This document shows positions 30,000-39,378 of a stretch of DNA of 64,000 nucleotides, one piece after another. Each line of letters begins with the position of its first letter. The stretch's first letter is position 1. The notes beneath the pieces were generated by a model. The model saw only the letters and a program-made list of their open reading frames with translations. It was not told the origin of the DNA and did not search any database. Source of the DNA: Dehalococcoidia bacterium (GTDB lineage Bacteria > Chloroflexota > Dehalococcoidia > UBA2979); NCBI GenBank assembly GCA_965262725.1, contig OZ253555.1, positions 3,610,404-3,674,403 on the forward strand. Reading direction: 5' to 3'. Position numbers and translations under genes: made by a program.

Positions 30000-30198
30000 G
30001 GGCGCGAGGGTATCGTGCGCTCGGAAGCGGCGCGATCGGGCGCCGGGGACGAGCGTGCGGGGAGTCGGCATGGGCCAGCGGGCCACCCTCTGGCGCGAGG
30101 CGATGGAGCGGCGCGCGCGGCCGCTGTGGCGCAGCACCCCGTCCAAGCGCTCCCGCCTCGCCCTCAGGCGCGTTCCCGTGATCCGCCGCCTCCCCGGC

Positions 30199-31194
30199 GT
30201 GAGGCGCCGGCCCCGGCCCGGGGACGCCGAGGGCGAGGGGCAGGAGCGCGTCGAATCGCGCGCCACGCGCATCGACGATCACCTGGTGCAGCACGTCGTC
30301 CGCGTACGGCTCTTCACGCGCACTTTCCCGACCTCGAACGTGTGGATCCTCCACGACGGCGACGAGGCCGCGCTCATCGACGCCGGTTTCGGGGACGACT
30401 CCTCGGTCGTGGAGAGGCTCGCCTACCTCGAGCGCGAGATGGGGGAGTTGCGCGTCCACACCATCGCGATCACGCACCACCACAGCGACCACTCCTCGGG
30501 CGGGCGGCGCCTCTCCGAGCGCCTCGGCGCCGAGATCGCCATGAACCCGCTCGACGAGGTCCTGCTCCATACGCCGCAGGAGGGGAACGAGGATCTGCCC
30601 GACGATCGCGAGCTGAGCGAACGCGCGCGGCTGTGGCGACAGGAGGCGCTGGCGACCGAGGTGCACCGCCCCCTCGCCGACGGCGAGAGCTTCACAGTCG
30701 GGGGCCTCACCGTGCGCGCCGTGCACACGCCTGGACACACGGCCGGGCACACCTGCTACCTCGTCGAGGAGACGGGCGTGCTCTTCACCGGCGACACGAT
30801 CCTCGGCGTGGGGACGAGCGCCATCTCGCCGCCCCCGGCCGGCGACATGGGACAGTACCTCGAGAGCCTCGAGCGAATCGGCTCGCTCGGGGCCTCGCTC
30901 CTTGCGCCCGGCCACGGCCCCGTCGTGCGCGATCCCACCGCGAAGGTGCGCGAACTCCTCGACCACCGCCACGGACGCGACCGGCAGATCCTCGATCTCA
31001 TCGACCGCGGCTACTCAAGCGACCGCCAGATCCGGCGCGCCCTCTACCCCGAGATACAGAGCGGCCTCAGGCGTGCGGCCCGCGGCCAGGTGCGAGCGCA
31101 CCTCGCGCGCCTCGGCGAGGTGGGGACGCTCCGCGTCGAGCCCGGCGAGCGGGAGTGGCGAGCCGAACGCCCCGGGGCCGGGACAGGCGCCTGA
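30199..31194 (+). CDS. MBL-fold metallo-hydrolase with C-terminal winged helix (LACTB2-like)
   Basis: THHHSDH, TPGHTAGH, FTGDTILG, PGHGP and VRAHLARL. Start uncertain. Confidence 0.85.
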   Translation: MRRRPRPGDAEGEGQERVESRATRIDDHLVQHVVRVRLFTRTFPTSNVWILHDGDEAALIDAGFGDDSSVVERLAYLEREMGELRVHTIAITHHHSDHSSGGRRLSERLGAEIAMNPLDEVLLHTPQEGNEDLPDDRELSERARLWRQEALATEVHRPLADGESFTVGGLTVRAVHTPGHTAGHTCYLVEETGVLFTGDTILGVGTSAISPPPAGDMGQYLESLERIGSLGASLLAPGHGPVVRDPTAKVRELLDHRHGRDRQILDLIDRGYSSDRQIRRALYPEIQSGLRRAARGQVRAHLARLGEVGTLRVEPGEREWRAERPGAGTGA

Positions 31195-31331
31195 AGGCGG
31201 CGTGCGGGATCGTCCGCGACGGTCCATAATCAGACGCGGCACCGGATAACGCGCCTCCGCGCATCGACACGCGGACACGGCGCGTCCCGGGGCCGGGAAA
31301 CAGCACCCACCGCACAGCGCGGGGTAGCCCT

Positions 31332-32714
31332 GTGACGATCCACGCGGCAGCGATGCTGCCGCTCGCCGATCTGCTTCCCCTGACGGCCGGACTCACCTCC
31401 GGCGGCCACCTCGCGCTCGGCGGAGTGGACACGGTCGAGCTCGCGCGCCGCTTCGGCACGCCCCTCTACGTCTACGATGGGCACACGCTCAGCACTCAGT
31501 GCCGCGGCTACGTCGAGGCCTTCCGGGCCGAGTACCCCGAGAGCACCGTCCTCTACGCCAGCAAGGCCTACCTCAGCCGCCCGTTCGCCCGCCGGATCGC
31601 CTCCGAGGGACTCGGCTTCGACGCCGTCTCCGGCGGCGAGATCGAGGTGCTGCGAGCCGCCGGCGTCGCGATGGAGACGGTCTACTTTCACGGGAACAGC
31701 AAGGAGCGGTGGGAGCTCGATCTCGCCGTCGAGGCCGGCGTCGGCCGCGTCGTCATCGACAACGAGGATGAGATCGCCCTCCTCGGCGAGGCCGCCGCGG
31801 CCCGCGGCCTGCGGCAGCCTGTGCTCCTGCGCGTCTCACCCGGGGTCGACGCGCACACGCACGAGAAGACCACCACGGGGATACTCGACTCCAAGTTCGG
31901 CGTGCCGATAGCCACCGGCGCGGCGGAGCGCGCGCTCGCCGCCATCCTGAAACAGCCGGCGCTGGATCTGCGCGGCCTCCACATGCACCTCGGGAGCCCC
32001 ATCGTCGAGCTCGCACCGTACGAGCTCGGGATCGCCGTCGTGGCCGACTTCGCCGCGAGCGTCTGCCGCGATCGGTTCGGCGTCGAGGTCCGCGAGTTCT
32101 CGCCAGGAGGGGGCTTCGCGGTCGGCTACGCGGCCGGGGATCCCGTGCCGACGCCTGCCGACTACGCGCGCGCGATCTCAGGCGCCGTGCGCCGCGAGTG
32201 GGGGGAAGTCGGCCTCCCCCTCCCGCACGTCTCCGTCGAGCCCGGACGCTCCATCGTCGCCCGCGCCGGAGTCGCTCTCTACGAAGTCGGTGCCCGCAAG
32301 GAGGTGCCCGGGATCCGCACCTACGTCTCCGTCAACGGCGGCATGGCCGACAACGTTCGCCCCGCGATGTACGGATCCCACTACGAGGCCCTCTCGGCCG
32401 AGCGACCGACCGCCGAGCCCGAGGAGACGGTCACGATCGCCGGCAAGTACTGCGAGTCGGGCGACGTGCTGCTGCGCGACGCCCGGCTGCCGCGGCTGCG
32501 CCGGGGCGAGCTGCTGGCGATACCCGCCTCCGGCGCCTACCAGCTCGCGATGTCCTCCAACTACAACCTCGCCTATCGCCCCGCCGTCGTGCTGGTCGAG
32601 CGGGGGGAGGCCCGCCTCCTGCGCCGCCGCGAGCGCGCCGTCGATCTGATGGCCCTCGACGTCGAGCCCGACCCCCCGGGCGCCGCGTCGCCGGTTCGGG
32701 AGGAGCCGCGATGA
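31332..32714 (+). CDS. lysA: Diaminopimelate decarboxylase
   Basis: FGTPLYVYD, YASKA (PLP Lys), SKFG, HMHLGS, EPGRS and GKYCESGD. Confidence 0.96.
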   Translation: MTIHAAAMLPLADLLPLTAGLTSGGHLALGGVDTVELARRFGTPLYVYDGHTLSTQCRGYVEAFRAEYPESTVLYASKAYLSRPFARRIASEGLGFDAVSGGEIEVLRAAGVAMETVYFHGNSKERWELDLAVEAGVGRVVIDNEDEIALLGEAAAARGLRQPVLLRVSPGVDAHTHEKTTTGILDSKFGVPIATGAAERALAAILKQPALDLRGLHMHLGSPIVELAPYELGIAVVADFAASVCRDRFGVEVREFSPGGGFAVGYAAGDPVPTPADYARAISGAVRREWGEVGLPLPHVSVEPGRSIVARAGVALYEVGARKEVPGIRTYVSVNGGMADNVRPAMYGSHYEALSAERPTAEPEETVTIAGKYCESGDVLLRDARLPRLRRGELLAIPASGAYQLAMSSNYNLAYRPAVVLVERGEARLLRRRERAVDLMALDVEPDPPGAASPVREEPR

Positions 32715-33853
32715 GTGAGGCATCCCGCTCCTCCGCCGACGCCGATATCGCCGACTCAGGCGACGCCACACCGCCGGACGGGGGTGGGTGGGGCGTCTAC
32801 GGCCAGGAGCAGGCCGTCGCCTCGCTCCGCCGCGCGCTGCGCTCGGGCCGCCTCGCGCACGCCTACCTCTTGGCGGGGCCCTCAGGTGTCGGTCGCGCGA
32901 CGCTCGCCCGCCGGCTCGCGCAGACGCTCTGCTGCGAAGCCGCCGGCTCGGGCGGGACGGAGGCGGCCTTCGCGCCCTGCTCCGAGTGCCAGAGCTGTCT
33001 CCGCATCGAGAGCGGCGCGTTGCCCGACATCGAGACCATCGCCATCGGCGGCCTCTGCGACGCAAACGGCGCGAACCACCGCGACCACGCCTCAGACGGC
33101 TCCACCCGCATCCGCGTCTGCCAGGTGCGCCGCGTGGAGCGCCTCGCCTCCATCTCGCCGTTTCAGGCGTCCCGCCGCATCTTCGTCATCGACAGCGCCG
33201 ATGACCTCCAGTACGAGGCCGCGCAGGCGCTGCTGAAGACGCTCGAGGAGCCGCCGGGGGAGACGCTCCTGCTGCTCCTCGCGAGTGACCCCGACGCGCT
33301 CCCCGCCACCGTCAGATCGCGTTGCCAGCAGCTCAGGCTCGCCCCGCTGCCGCCGGCCACGCTCGCGCGCGCCCTGACCGAACATGCCGGCATCGAGGCC
33401 GCCGACGCGGTGCGCCTCGCCCGCGAGTCGGGCGGGCGCTACGGCACCGCGCTGCGCCTGCACGCCGACCCCTCTCACGCCGTGCTGCGCGAGAGCGCGG
33501 TCTCAGACATCGGGCGGCTCATAGCCGCCGACCGCGCCGAGCGGCTCGACTACGCCGACATGCTCGCCAGGCGATGGAACCGCGAGCGCGCGAGCGTCCT
33601 GGAGCTGCTCGACCACTGGCGTGACTGGTGGCGCGAGCGCCTCCTCGACGCCGCCGGACTCAACTCCGAGGAAGACCGCGATGCTGCCGTGGTCGCTGAA
33701 GCCGTCTCCGCGCTCGCCGCGTTGCAGCGCGCCCGAGCGCACCTGCTTGCCCACGTCGTCGCGCAGTTCGCCCTGGAGGTCCTCATGCTCGATCTCCCGC
33801 GGCGGAACGCGCCCAGCCGAGAGGAGGCCGGCCCCCGGCCCGTCCCGGCATAG
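32711..33853 (+). CDS. holB: DNA polymerase III subunit delta'
   Basis: HAYLLAGPSGVG, zinc motif C..C.SC, ALLKTLEEPP and TVRSRC. Confidence 0.92.
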   Translation: MSEASRSSADADIADSGDATPPDGGGWGVYGQEQAVASLRRALRSGRLAHAYLLAGPSGVGRATLARRLAQTLCCEAAGSGGTEAAFAPCSECQSCLRIESGALPDIETIAIGGLCDANGANHRDHASDGSTRIRVCQVRRVERLASISPFQASRRIFVIDSADDLQYEAAQALLKTLEEPPGETLLLLLASDPDALPATVRSRCQQLRLAPLPPATLARALTEHAGIEAADAVRLARESGGRYGTALRLHADPSHAVLRESAVSDIGRLIAADRAERLDYADMLARRWNRERASVLELLDHWRDWWRERLLDAAGLNSEEDRDAAVVAEAVSALAALQRARAHLLAHVVAQFALEVLMLDLPRRNAPSREEAGPRPVPA

Positions 33854-33877
33854 ACGGGCTGAAGCGCCGGAACCACC

Positions 33878-35173
33878 ATGGCCCACCTTGCCGGGGTTCG
33901 CTTCACCGAGGCCGGACCCGTCTCCTACTGCAGCGCCGGCGAGCTCGCGCTCGGCGTCGGCGACTACGTCATCGTCTCGACCGACCGCGGCGAGCGGCTC
34001 GGCTGGGTCGTGATCGCTCCCGACCAGGTGCTCTCCGGCAATCCGCCGGGCCCGCTGCGCGTCATCGCGCGGCTGGCCTCCGAGGAGGACGTGACGGCCT
34101 GGCGCGACGGGCGCGCGCGCGCGAAGGAGGATCACGGCCGCGCGCAGGATCTCGCGGCGCGCTCAGACTCCCGCCTGCGCGTCGCGAGCCTCGACTACGA
34201 CCTGGCGGGAGGATTCTGCGAGATCACCTTCGCCGCGAAGGAGCGGGTCGACCATGCCTGGTTCGAGCGCCAGGCCCGCGATCTCCTGGGCTGCGACGTG
34301 CGCGTGGAGCAGGTCGGCGACCGCGACCGCGCAAAGGCCATGGGGGGGCTCGGCGTCTGCGGTCTCGCCCTCTGCTGCTCCACGTGGCAGACCGAGTTCC
34401 CGTCGATCTCGATCAAGATGGCGAAGGAGCAGGACCTCCCGCCCAACCCCTCCAAGATCTCCGGCGTCTGCGGCCGCCTCCTCTGCTGCCTCTCGTACGA
34501 GGTCGAGTCCTACCGCGAGCTGCGCGGCGACCTGCCCAAGGTCGGACGGCGCGTGAGCACGCCCGTCGGGAACGCGCGCGTGACCTCCGTCAACGCGCTG
34601 ACGCAGATGGTCCGCCTCCGCATGGAGAGCGGCCAGAACATCGACATCCCGGCGGATGAGCTGCGCGCGCAGTACGGCACCGCCGTCAGGCCCGCCGACC
34701 TCCAGGAGGAGGTGGAGGCGCCGATTCGGAGCCGCGACGACGCCCTGCGCGACGCCCTGATCGCCCGGCTCACCCCCGTCGACGCCCCGGCGCCCGCCTT
34801 CGTGCAGACCGGGCGCCCCCCTGGGCGCAGAGCCGACCGCGCGCCGCGCGAGGAGCGCGGCGAAGCAGACGCCGCCTCCGGACGCGGGCCGGGTCGGGGG
34901 CGCGGCACCGACCGCGCTCGCGACGGCGCCCGGCCGGCCCGCACGTCGCGGCGCCGGCCGGAAGAGCCCCGGGCCACCGCGCCCTCCTCCCACCAGGACG
35001 GCGTTCCCTCCGCCCCGGATCCCGACCGGCCCCCCCGGTCCCCCGACGAGCCGGCGGCCGGTGACGGGGGCGAGCGGAAGCGGCGTCGGCGCGGCCGTCG
35101 CGGCGGGCGAGGCCGGCGCCGCGGCCCTGGAGACGAGGGCGCGAACCAGGGCGATGGAGGAGGAGAGGGATGA
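33878..35173 (+). CDS. ricT: RicT/YaaT (PSP1 domain) protein with Arg-rich tail
   Basis: GGLGVCGLALCC, SIKMAKEQ and KISGVCGRLLCCL.YE; located downstream of holB. Confidence 0.92.
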   Translation: MAHLAGVRFTEAGPVSYCSAGELALGVGDYVIVSTDRGERLGWVVIAPDQVLSGNPPGPLRVIARLASEEDVTAWRDGRARAKEDHGRAQDLAARSDSRLRVASLDYDLAGGFCEITFAAKERVDHAWFERQARDLLGCDVRVEQVGDRDRAKAMGGLGVCGLALCCSTWQTEFPSISIKMAKEQDLPPNPSKISGVCGRLLCCLSYEVESYRELRGDLPKVGRRVSTPVGNARVTSVNALTQMVRLRMESGQNIDIPADELRAQYGTAVRPADLQEEVEAPIRSRDDALRDALIARLTPVDAPAPAFVQTGRPPGRRADRAPREERGEADAASGRGPGRGRGTDRARDGARPARTSRRRPEEPRATAPSSHQDGVPSAPDPDRPPRSPDEPAAGDGGERKRRRRGRRGGRGRRRGPGDEGANQGDGGGEG

Positions 35174-36030
35174 CGGAGAGAGCATCAACCGCCGAGCCGG
35201 CACCGGTCGTCGGCGCCGAGTGGCTCGCCGCTCACATCGATGAGCCCGGACTCGCCCTCATCCACGTCACGAACAACCGCGCAGAGTACGACTCGGGCCA
35301 CCTCCCGCGGGCCGTCTACGCGCACGGCTACGACGACTTCACGGCGGAGCGGGACGGGATCCGCGCGCTCGTCCCCGGGCGCGCGGAGATGGCGGCGACG
35401 CTCGGCCGGCTCGGCGTCGCGACCGATGCGCGCATCGTCCTCTACGCCAGCGAGCCCTCCGCCTGGCCCTCCCGCGCCTACTGGGTGCTGCGCTACTTTC
35501 GCTGGCCGCGCGTTCACATCGCCGAGGCCGCCCTCCCGGCGCTCCGGCGCGCCGGGCTTCCCACCAACACCGAGCTCCGTCACCGCGAGCGGACCACCGT
35601 CGAGCTGCCAGAGCCCGACCCATCCCTGCTCGCCAGCTACGAACAGGTGCTCGATGTCGTGGAGGGCCGGGCGGGCGGCCGGCTGGCCCAGGTGCTCGAC
35701 TGCCGCACCACCGAGGAACACCGCGGGGAAGAGGCCGGTGCGCACCCGGCCCCCCGCTCCGGTCGCGTCCCGGGCTCGATTCACATGAACTGGGAGATGC
35801 TCGTCGACGGGGACGGGCGGTTCCTCCCGCGCGACCAGCTCCGATCCCTCTACGCCGCCGCCGGCGTCGACGGATCGCGCGAGGTCTTCCCTTATTGCGG
35901 CGGCGGCGTCCGCTCCGCCGCGAGCTGGTTCGCCATGCACGAGCTGCTCGGATTCGAGGGGGCCCGCAACTACGACGGCTCTTGGGCCGAGTGGTCGCGG
36001 CGCGCGGAGCTCCCCGTGGAGCGCGGGTAA
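35170..36030 (+). CDS. Sulfurtransferase (tandem rhodanese)
   Basis: GHLPRA, LDCR, GRVPGS, YCGGGVRSA active site and YDGSWAEW. Confidence 0.93.
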   Translation: MTERASTAEPAPVVGAEWLAAHIDEPGLALIHVTNNRAEYDSGHLPRAVYAHGYDDFTAERDGIRALVPGRAEMAATLGRLGVATDARIVLYASEPSAWPSRAYWVLRYFRWPRVHIAEAALPALRRAGLPTNTELRHRERTTVELPEPDPSLLASYEQVLDVVEGRAGGRLAQVLDCRTTEEHRGEEAGAHPAPRSGRVPGSIHMNWEMLVDGDGRFLPRDQLRSLYAAAGVDGSREVFPYCGGGVRSAASWFAMHELLGFEGARNYDGSWAEWSRRAELPVERG

Positions 36031-36255
36031 GTAGTCTTCCGGGGGCGGGGCACCCCCACCGAGCCCGGCAGCGGCCACGCTGCGGCGACGCATCCTGTGC
36101 CTCTGAGAGCAGCCCTGCAGTACTCGCGACCTCGGCACGGATCGTGCCCGAGCAGGTCGCGGCCTTCCCGGCGAGCCCATCTCCGCTCCGGCCAGCGCCA
36201 GCTCGTCGCGCATCCGCACCTCCTCCGACCGCTCCTGCTCTTCCTCCAGCAGCCG

Positions 36256-36294
36256 GGCGATGTCCCCTCGCTCGGCGAGCGAGGGGACATCGCC
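36256..36294. repeat. Perfect palindrome with 19-bp arms and 1-nt spacer
   Basis: GGCGATGTCCCCTCGCTCG-G-CGAGCGAGGGGACATCGCC. Confidence 0.85.
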
Positions 36295-36488
36295 TTCCCG
36301 CACGGCGGCGTGCGCCTCCGCCTGGTTCACGAGCCGCCCGGCCGTCGGCACGGCCTGCGGACTCACCCAGCTTCGAGGCGATCTCACGCAGGCGTGCGGC
36401 TTCACCCCGGACCGCCCGGAGGCGGCCGAGACCCTCCTCGACCCACCCGCAGGCCCGTCCTTCTGAGGGTTCTCTCCACGAGCATGTC

Positions 36489-36648
36489 GTGGCCGGTCCG
36501 CTCGGTGGCCGGTCCGCTCGGTGGCCGGTCCGCTCGGTGGCCGGTCCGCTCGGTGGCCGGTCCGCTCGGTGGCCGGTCCGCTCGGTGGCCGGTCCGCTCG
36601 GTGGCCGGTCCGCTCGGTGGCCGGTCCGCTCGGTGGCCGGTCCGCTCG
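36489..36648. repeat. Perfect tandem repeat, 16 bp x 10
   Basis: GTGGCCGGTCCGCTCG repeated ten times without spacers. Confidence 0.95.
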
Positions 36649-36963
36649 TTCGACACGAATCGCCGGTACGATGGCGGTAGCGATCTCGCGCCGGCAGACA
36701 TCGGGCAGGTGAATCCGCGCGTGCAGCCGGGTTCCCCGCTCGAGCTGGTGCCGGTCGGTCGCACTGCGACTCTCGGCCACGGTCCGTCCGTCGCCGCCGG
36801 CCCCGGGATGACAACGGTCACGGCCCCGCAGCGCCTCGTTTCCCTCTGAGCCTGGCGGCGTCCGTTCATTGGCCAGAACCGGCGCCCGGCGACATATTCC
36901 TGCGACATTTGATCGCCATCGTGAGCAGGAATCGCTGATACCTCACGAAAGAGGCGAAACGAC

Positions 36964-38022
36964 ATGAGTTGCAGGAGTCCGCTGACGAACAAGTACATGG
37001 CCGGGTCGGTCCTGGGGGCCATACTCGCGGCGGTGATCATCAGCGGCTGTACCGTCGGCGGACACAGGGACAGCGGGGATTCCGACCGCTCCACCGCAAG
37101 CCATGCCAGCTCCGAGCGAGAGGATGGCCACTCTGGAGATGAGCACGGCGGTGGAGAAGGGAGTGGAGGCGACGGTGAACACGGCGCTGGTTCTGAGGGC
37201 GGTCGAGAGAGCAGTGAGGCCGCCAGGTCGAGCCCGATCACGCCTCTCGGGCAGGCGTGGAGCGGTGTTCTCGGCGGGTTGGCTGTCTCCATGCAGTACG
37301 ATCCGGCAACCCGGTCCGTCCACGGAACCGTGCGGAACACGCTCGCAAGCACCCTTTGCTACGTACAGGCAGAACCCCACCTGAAGTCGGGAACGAAGAC
37401 CGTAGGAGAGCTTGGCCCTGAGAAGCTGGGACAGCTGAACCCGGGACAGGAAGTAGCGTCCAGCCTCTCAGTCGCGAGCGAACCGAGCCTTGCAGGCGTC
37501 TCCTTCGATGGCTACGTCGTTCACATGGAGGTCTTTGACTGCAACGGCCCTGACCCAGCGGCCCACCGAGGAGGAGAAGGTACCGAAGGCGGTGGTGAAC
37601 ACGGCCCCGGTGGCGAAGAAGGTGGCGGTGCCGATGCCCTGCGACTGGATGAGACCCATGATGCCGTTCGCAGCGGCGCCCGACTGATCCTGAAGTACCA
37701 CGCTCCCAGCAACTCCTTCAAGGGAACTGTGGAGAACACGACCAACGGCGTCCTGGACCGGGTCAGGGTCGAGATCCACCTCTCCAACGGAACGGAACTC
37801 GGTCCGACGACTCCGACGGACATGGCTCCGGGCAAGGTGGTATCGATCAACCTGCCTGCGACGTCGGCATCGTTCACTGGATGGACCACACATGTCGAGG
37901 TTGGCACGGGAGATGAGGGTAGCGAGTCGGGCGGAGAGCATCGCGATGGTGGCGAGCATGGGAACGGTGGGGAGTCAGGCGGCGAACACGGTAGTGGCGG
38001 CGAGCGCTCGGGTAGCGACTAG
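36964..38022 (+). CDS. Secreted lipoprotein with two Ig-like (FxLYD-like) domains and His/Gly/Glu-rich linkers
   Basis: Lipobox ILAAVIISGC; duplicated Y...GTV.NT...ELGP...PG domain; GEH-rich tracts. Lower GC than the flanks. Confidence 0.8.
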   Translation: MSCRSPLTNKYMAGSVLGAILAAVIISGCTVGGHRDSGDSDRSTASHASSEREDGHSGDEHGGGEGSGGDGEHGAGSEGGRESSEAARSSPITPLGQAWSGVLGGLAVSMQYDPATRSVHGTVRNTLASTLCYVQAEPHLKSGTKTVGELGPEKLGQLNPGQEVASSLSVASEPSLAGVSFDGYVVHMEVFDCNGPDPAAHRGGEGTEGGGEHGPGGEEGGGADALRLDETHDAVRSGARLILKYHAPSNSFKGTVENTTNGVLDRVRVEIHLSNGTELGPTTPTDMAPGKVVSINLPATSASFTGWTTHVEVGTGDEGSESGGEHRDGGEHGNGGESGGEHGSGGERSGSD

Positions 38023-38153
38023 AGCCGATCGGAGACCACGGGGAGAGACGTCGAGACTGCACGTGAGATCATCCGACCGTAGGCGTATCCGGCCAGAATC
38101 CGCGGTCTCCCCGTGAGGCATCGTGCCCCTGAAGGCGCCTCGGAGGACTCGCG

Positions 38154-38512
38154 CTGAGCGCCACAGTACTGATAGTCGAAGACGATCCGAGGATCGCGAA
38201 CTGGGTGAAGCTGTATTTTGAGCGCGCCGGGTTCTCCGCCGACGTTACCCACGACGGCGAGTCCGGTCTGGCCCTGGCCCGTCATCTCACTCCAGACCTG
38301 ATAGTCCTCGATCTCATGCTTCCTGGTCTCGACGGCGTGGAGCTGTGCAGGATCCTGCGCCGGGAGTCGGACGTCCCGATCATCATGTTGACGGCCAGAG
38401 ATGGCCACGCCGAACGAGTCATCGGACTGGATAGCGGCGCCGACGACTACATCGTCAAGCCCTTCGATCCGGAGGAGGTCGTTGCGCGCGCCAACGCCGT
38501 GCTTCGCCGCGT
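38154..38512 (+). pseudogene. OmpR-family response regulator truncated by IS21 (receiver domain only)
   Basis: VLIVEDD, DLIVLDLMLPGLDG, PIIMLTAR and GADDYIVKPF. CTG start after GGAGG. Runs into the IS end. Confidence 0.85.
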
Positions 38513-38579
38513 TGGGAATGATGCTTACATCTGGCCCCACTTTGATCCTCTGATCTGGCCCCACCCCCGGGGACCGGGA

Positions 38580-39362
38580 TCAGGTCGTTGGGGCACCTCC
38601 TCTCGGGGAGGTCGAGGCCCGGAGCCGGTAGGACTCGGTGCCGGTCTCGATGATATGGGCACGGTAGGTGAGGCGGTCAACGACGGCCGCGGCGAGACGA
38701 GGGTCGGTGAAGATGCGGCCCCACTCGGAGAACGGGGAGTTGGAGGCGACGGCGACCGATGCCCGTTCCTCGCGCTCGGTCAGGATCTGGAACAGCATTT
38801 CGGCACCGCGCGGGTCGAGGTGGACGTACCCGAACTCATCCAGGCAGAGCAGGTCGAGGCGGCCGTAGCGGGCGACGAGGCGTGAGAGCGCGCGATCATC
38901 CGACGCTTCGGCCAGTTCATTCACCAGGGCGGCCGTGGTCATGTACCGCACGCGCAGCCCCAGGTGGCAGGCGGCCATGCCGAGGCCGATGAGCAGGTGT
39001 GACTTCCCGGTGCCGCTGTCACCGAGCAGGACGACGGGCTCGCCCCTTTCGACCCAGTCGCAGCGCTCCAGCGTGGCGAGCGCCGGCGCGTCGACTGTCG
39101 GCGCCGCCTCGAGGTCGAAGTCGGCGAGGTACTTGAAACGCGGGAACCGCGCCTCGACGATACGGCGCTGACGGCGCCGCTCCTCACGGTCATCGCGTTC
39201 GGCTCCCAGCACTTCGGCGAGATAGCCCAGATGGGTGATCCGGTCTCGGACCGCGGCTTCGGCGAGCGGGAGCGCCTGCTTCCTGACGGTGGGGAGACGG
39301 AGCTCGCGGCAGATCGCCTCGATTGTCAGCTCCGCGGCCTGGTCGGTGAGGGGTGCTGTCAT
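38580..39362 (-). CDS. istB: IS21 helper ATPase IstB
   Basis: GDSGTGKSH, LLCLDEFGY and AVVDRL. Confidence 0.95.
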   Translation of the reverse strand: MTAPLTDQAAELTIEAICRELRLPTVRKQALPLAEAAVRDRITHLGYLAEVLGAERDDREERRRQRRIVEARFPRFKYLADFDLEAAPTVDAPALATLERCDWVERGEPVVLLGDSGTGKSHLLIGLGMAACHLGLRVRYMTTAALVNELAEASDDRALSRLVARYGRLDLLCLDEFGYVHLDPRGAEMLFQILTEREERASVAVASNSPFSEWGRIFTDPRLAAAVVDRLTYRAHIIETGTESYRLRASTSPRGGAPTT

Positions 39363-39378
39363 CGGGTGCCTCCTGTGG

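Noticed and set aside
31195-31331. Lysine riboswitch upstream of lysA
   Set aside because: The leader is too short and lacks the conserved AGAGG...GAAAGG elements.
32711-35173. holB-ricT pairing as a novelty
   Set aside because: This adjacency is a well-known conserved arrangement (holB-yaaT).
36489-36648. CRISPR array
   Set aside because: Units are contiguous with no unique spacers, and there are no cas genes in the window.
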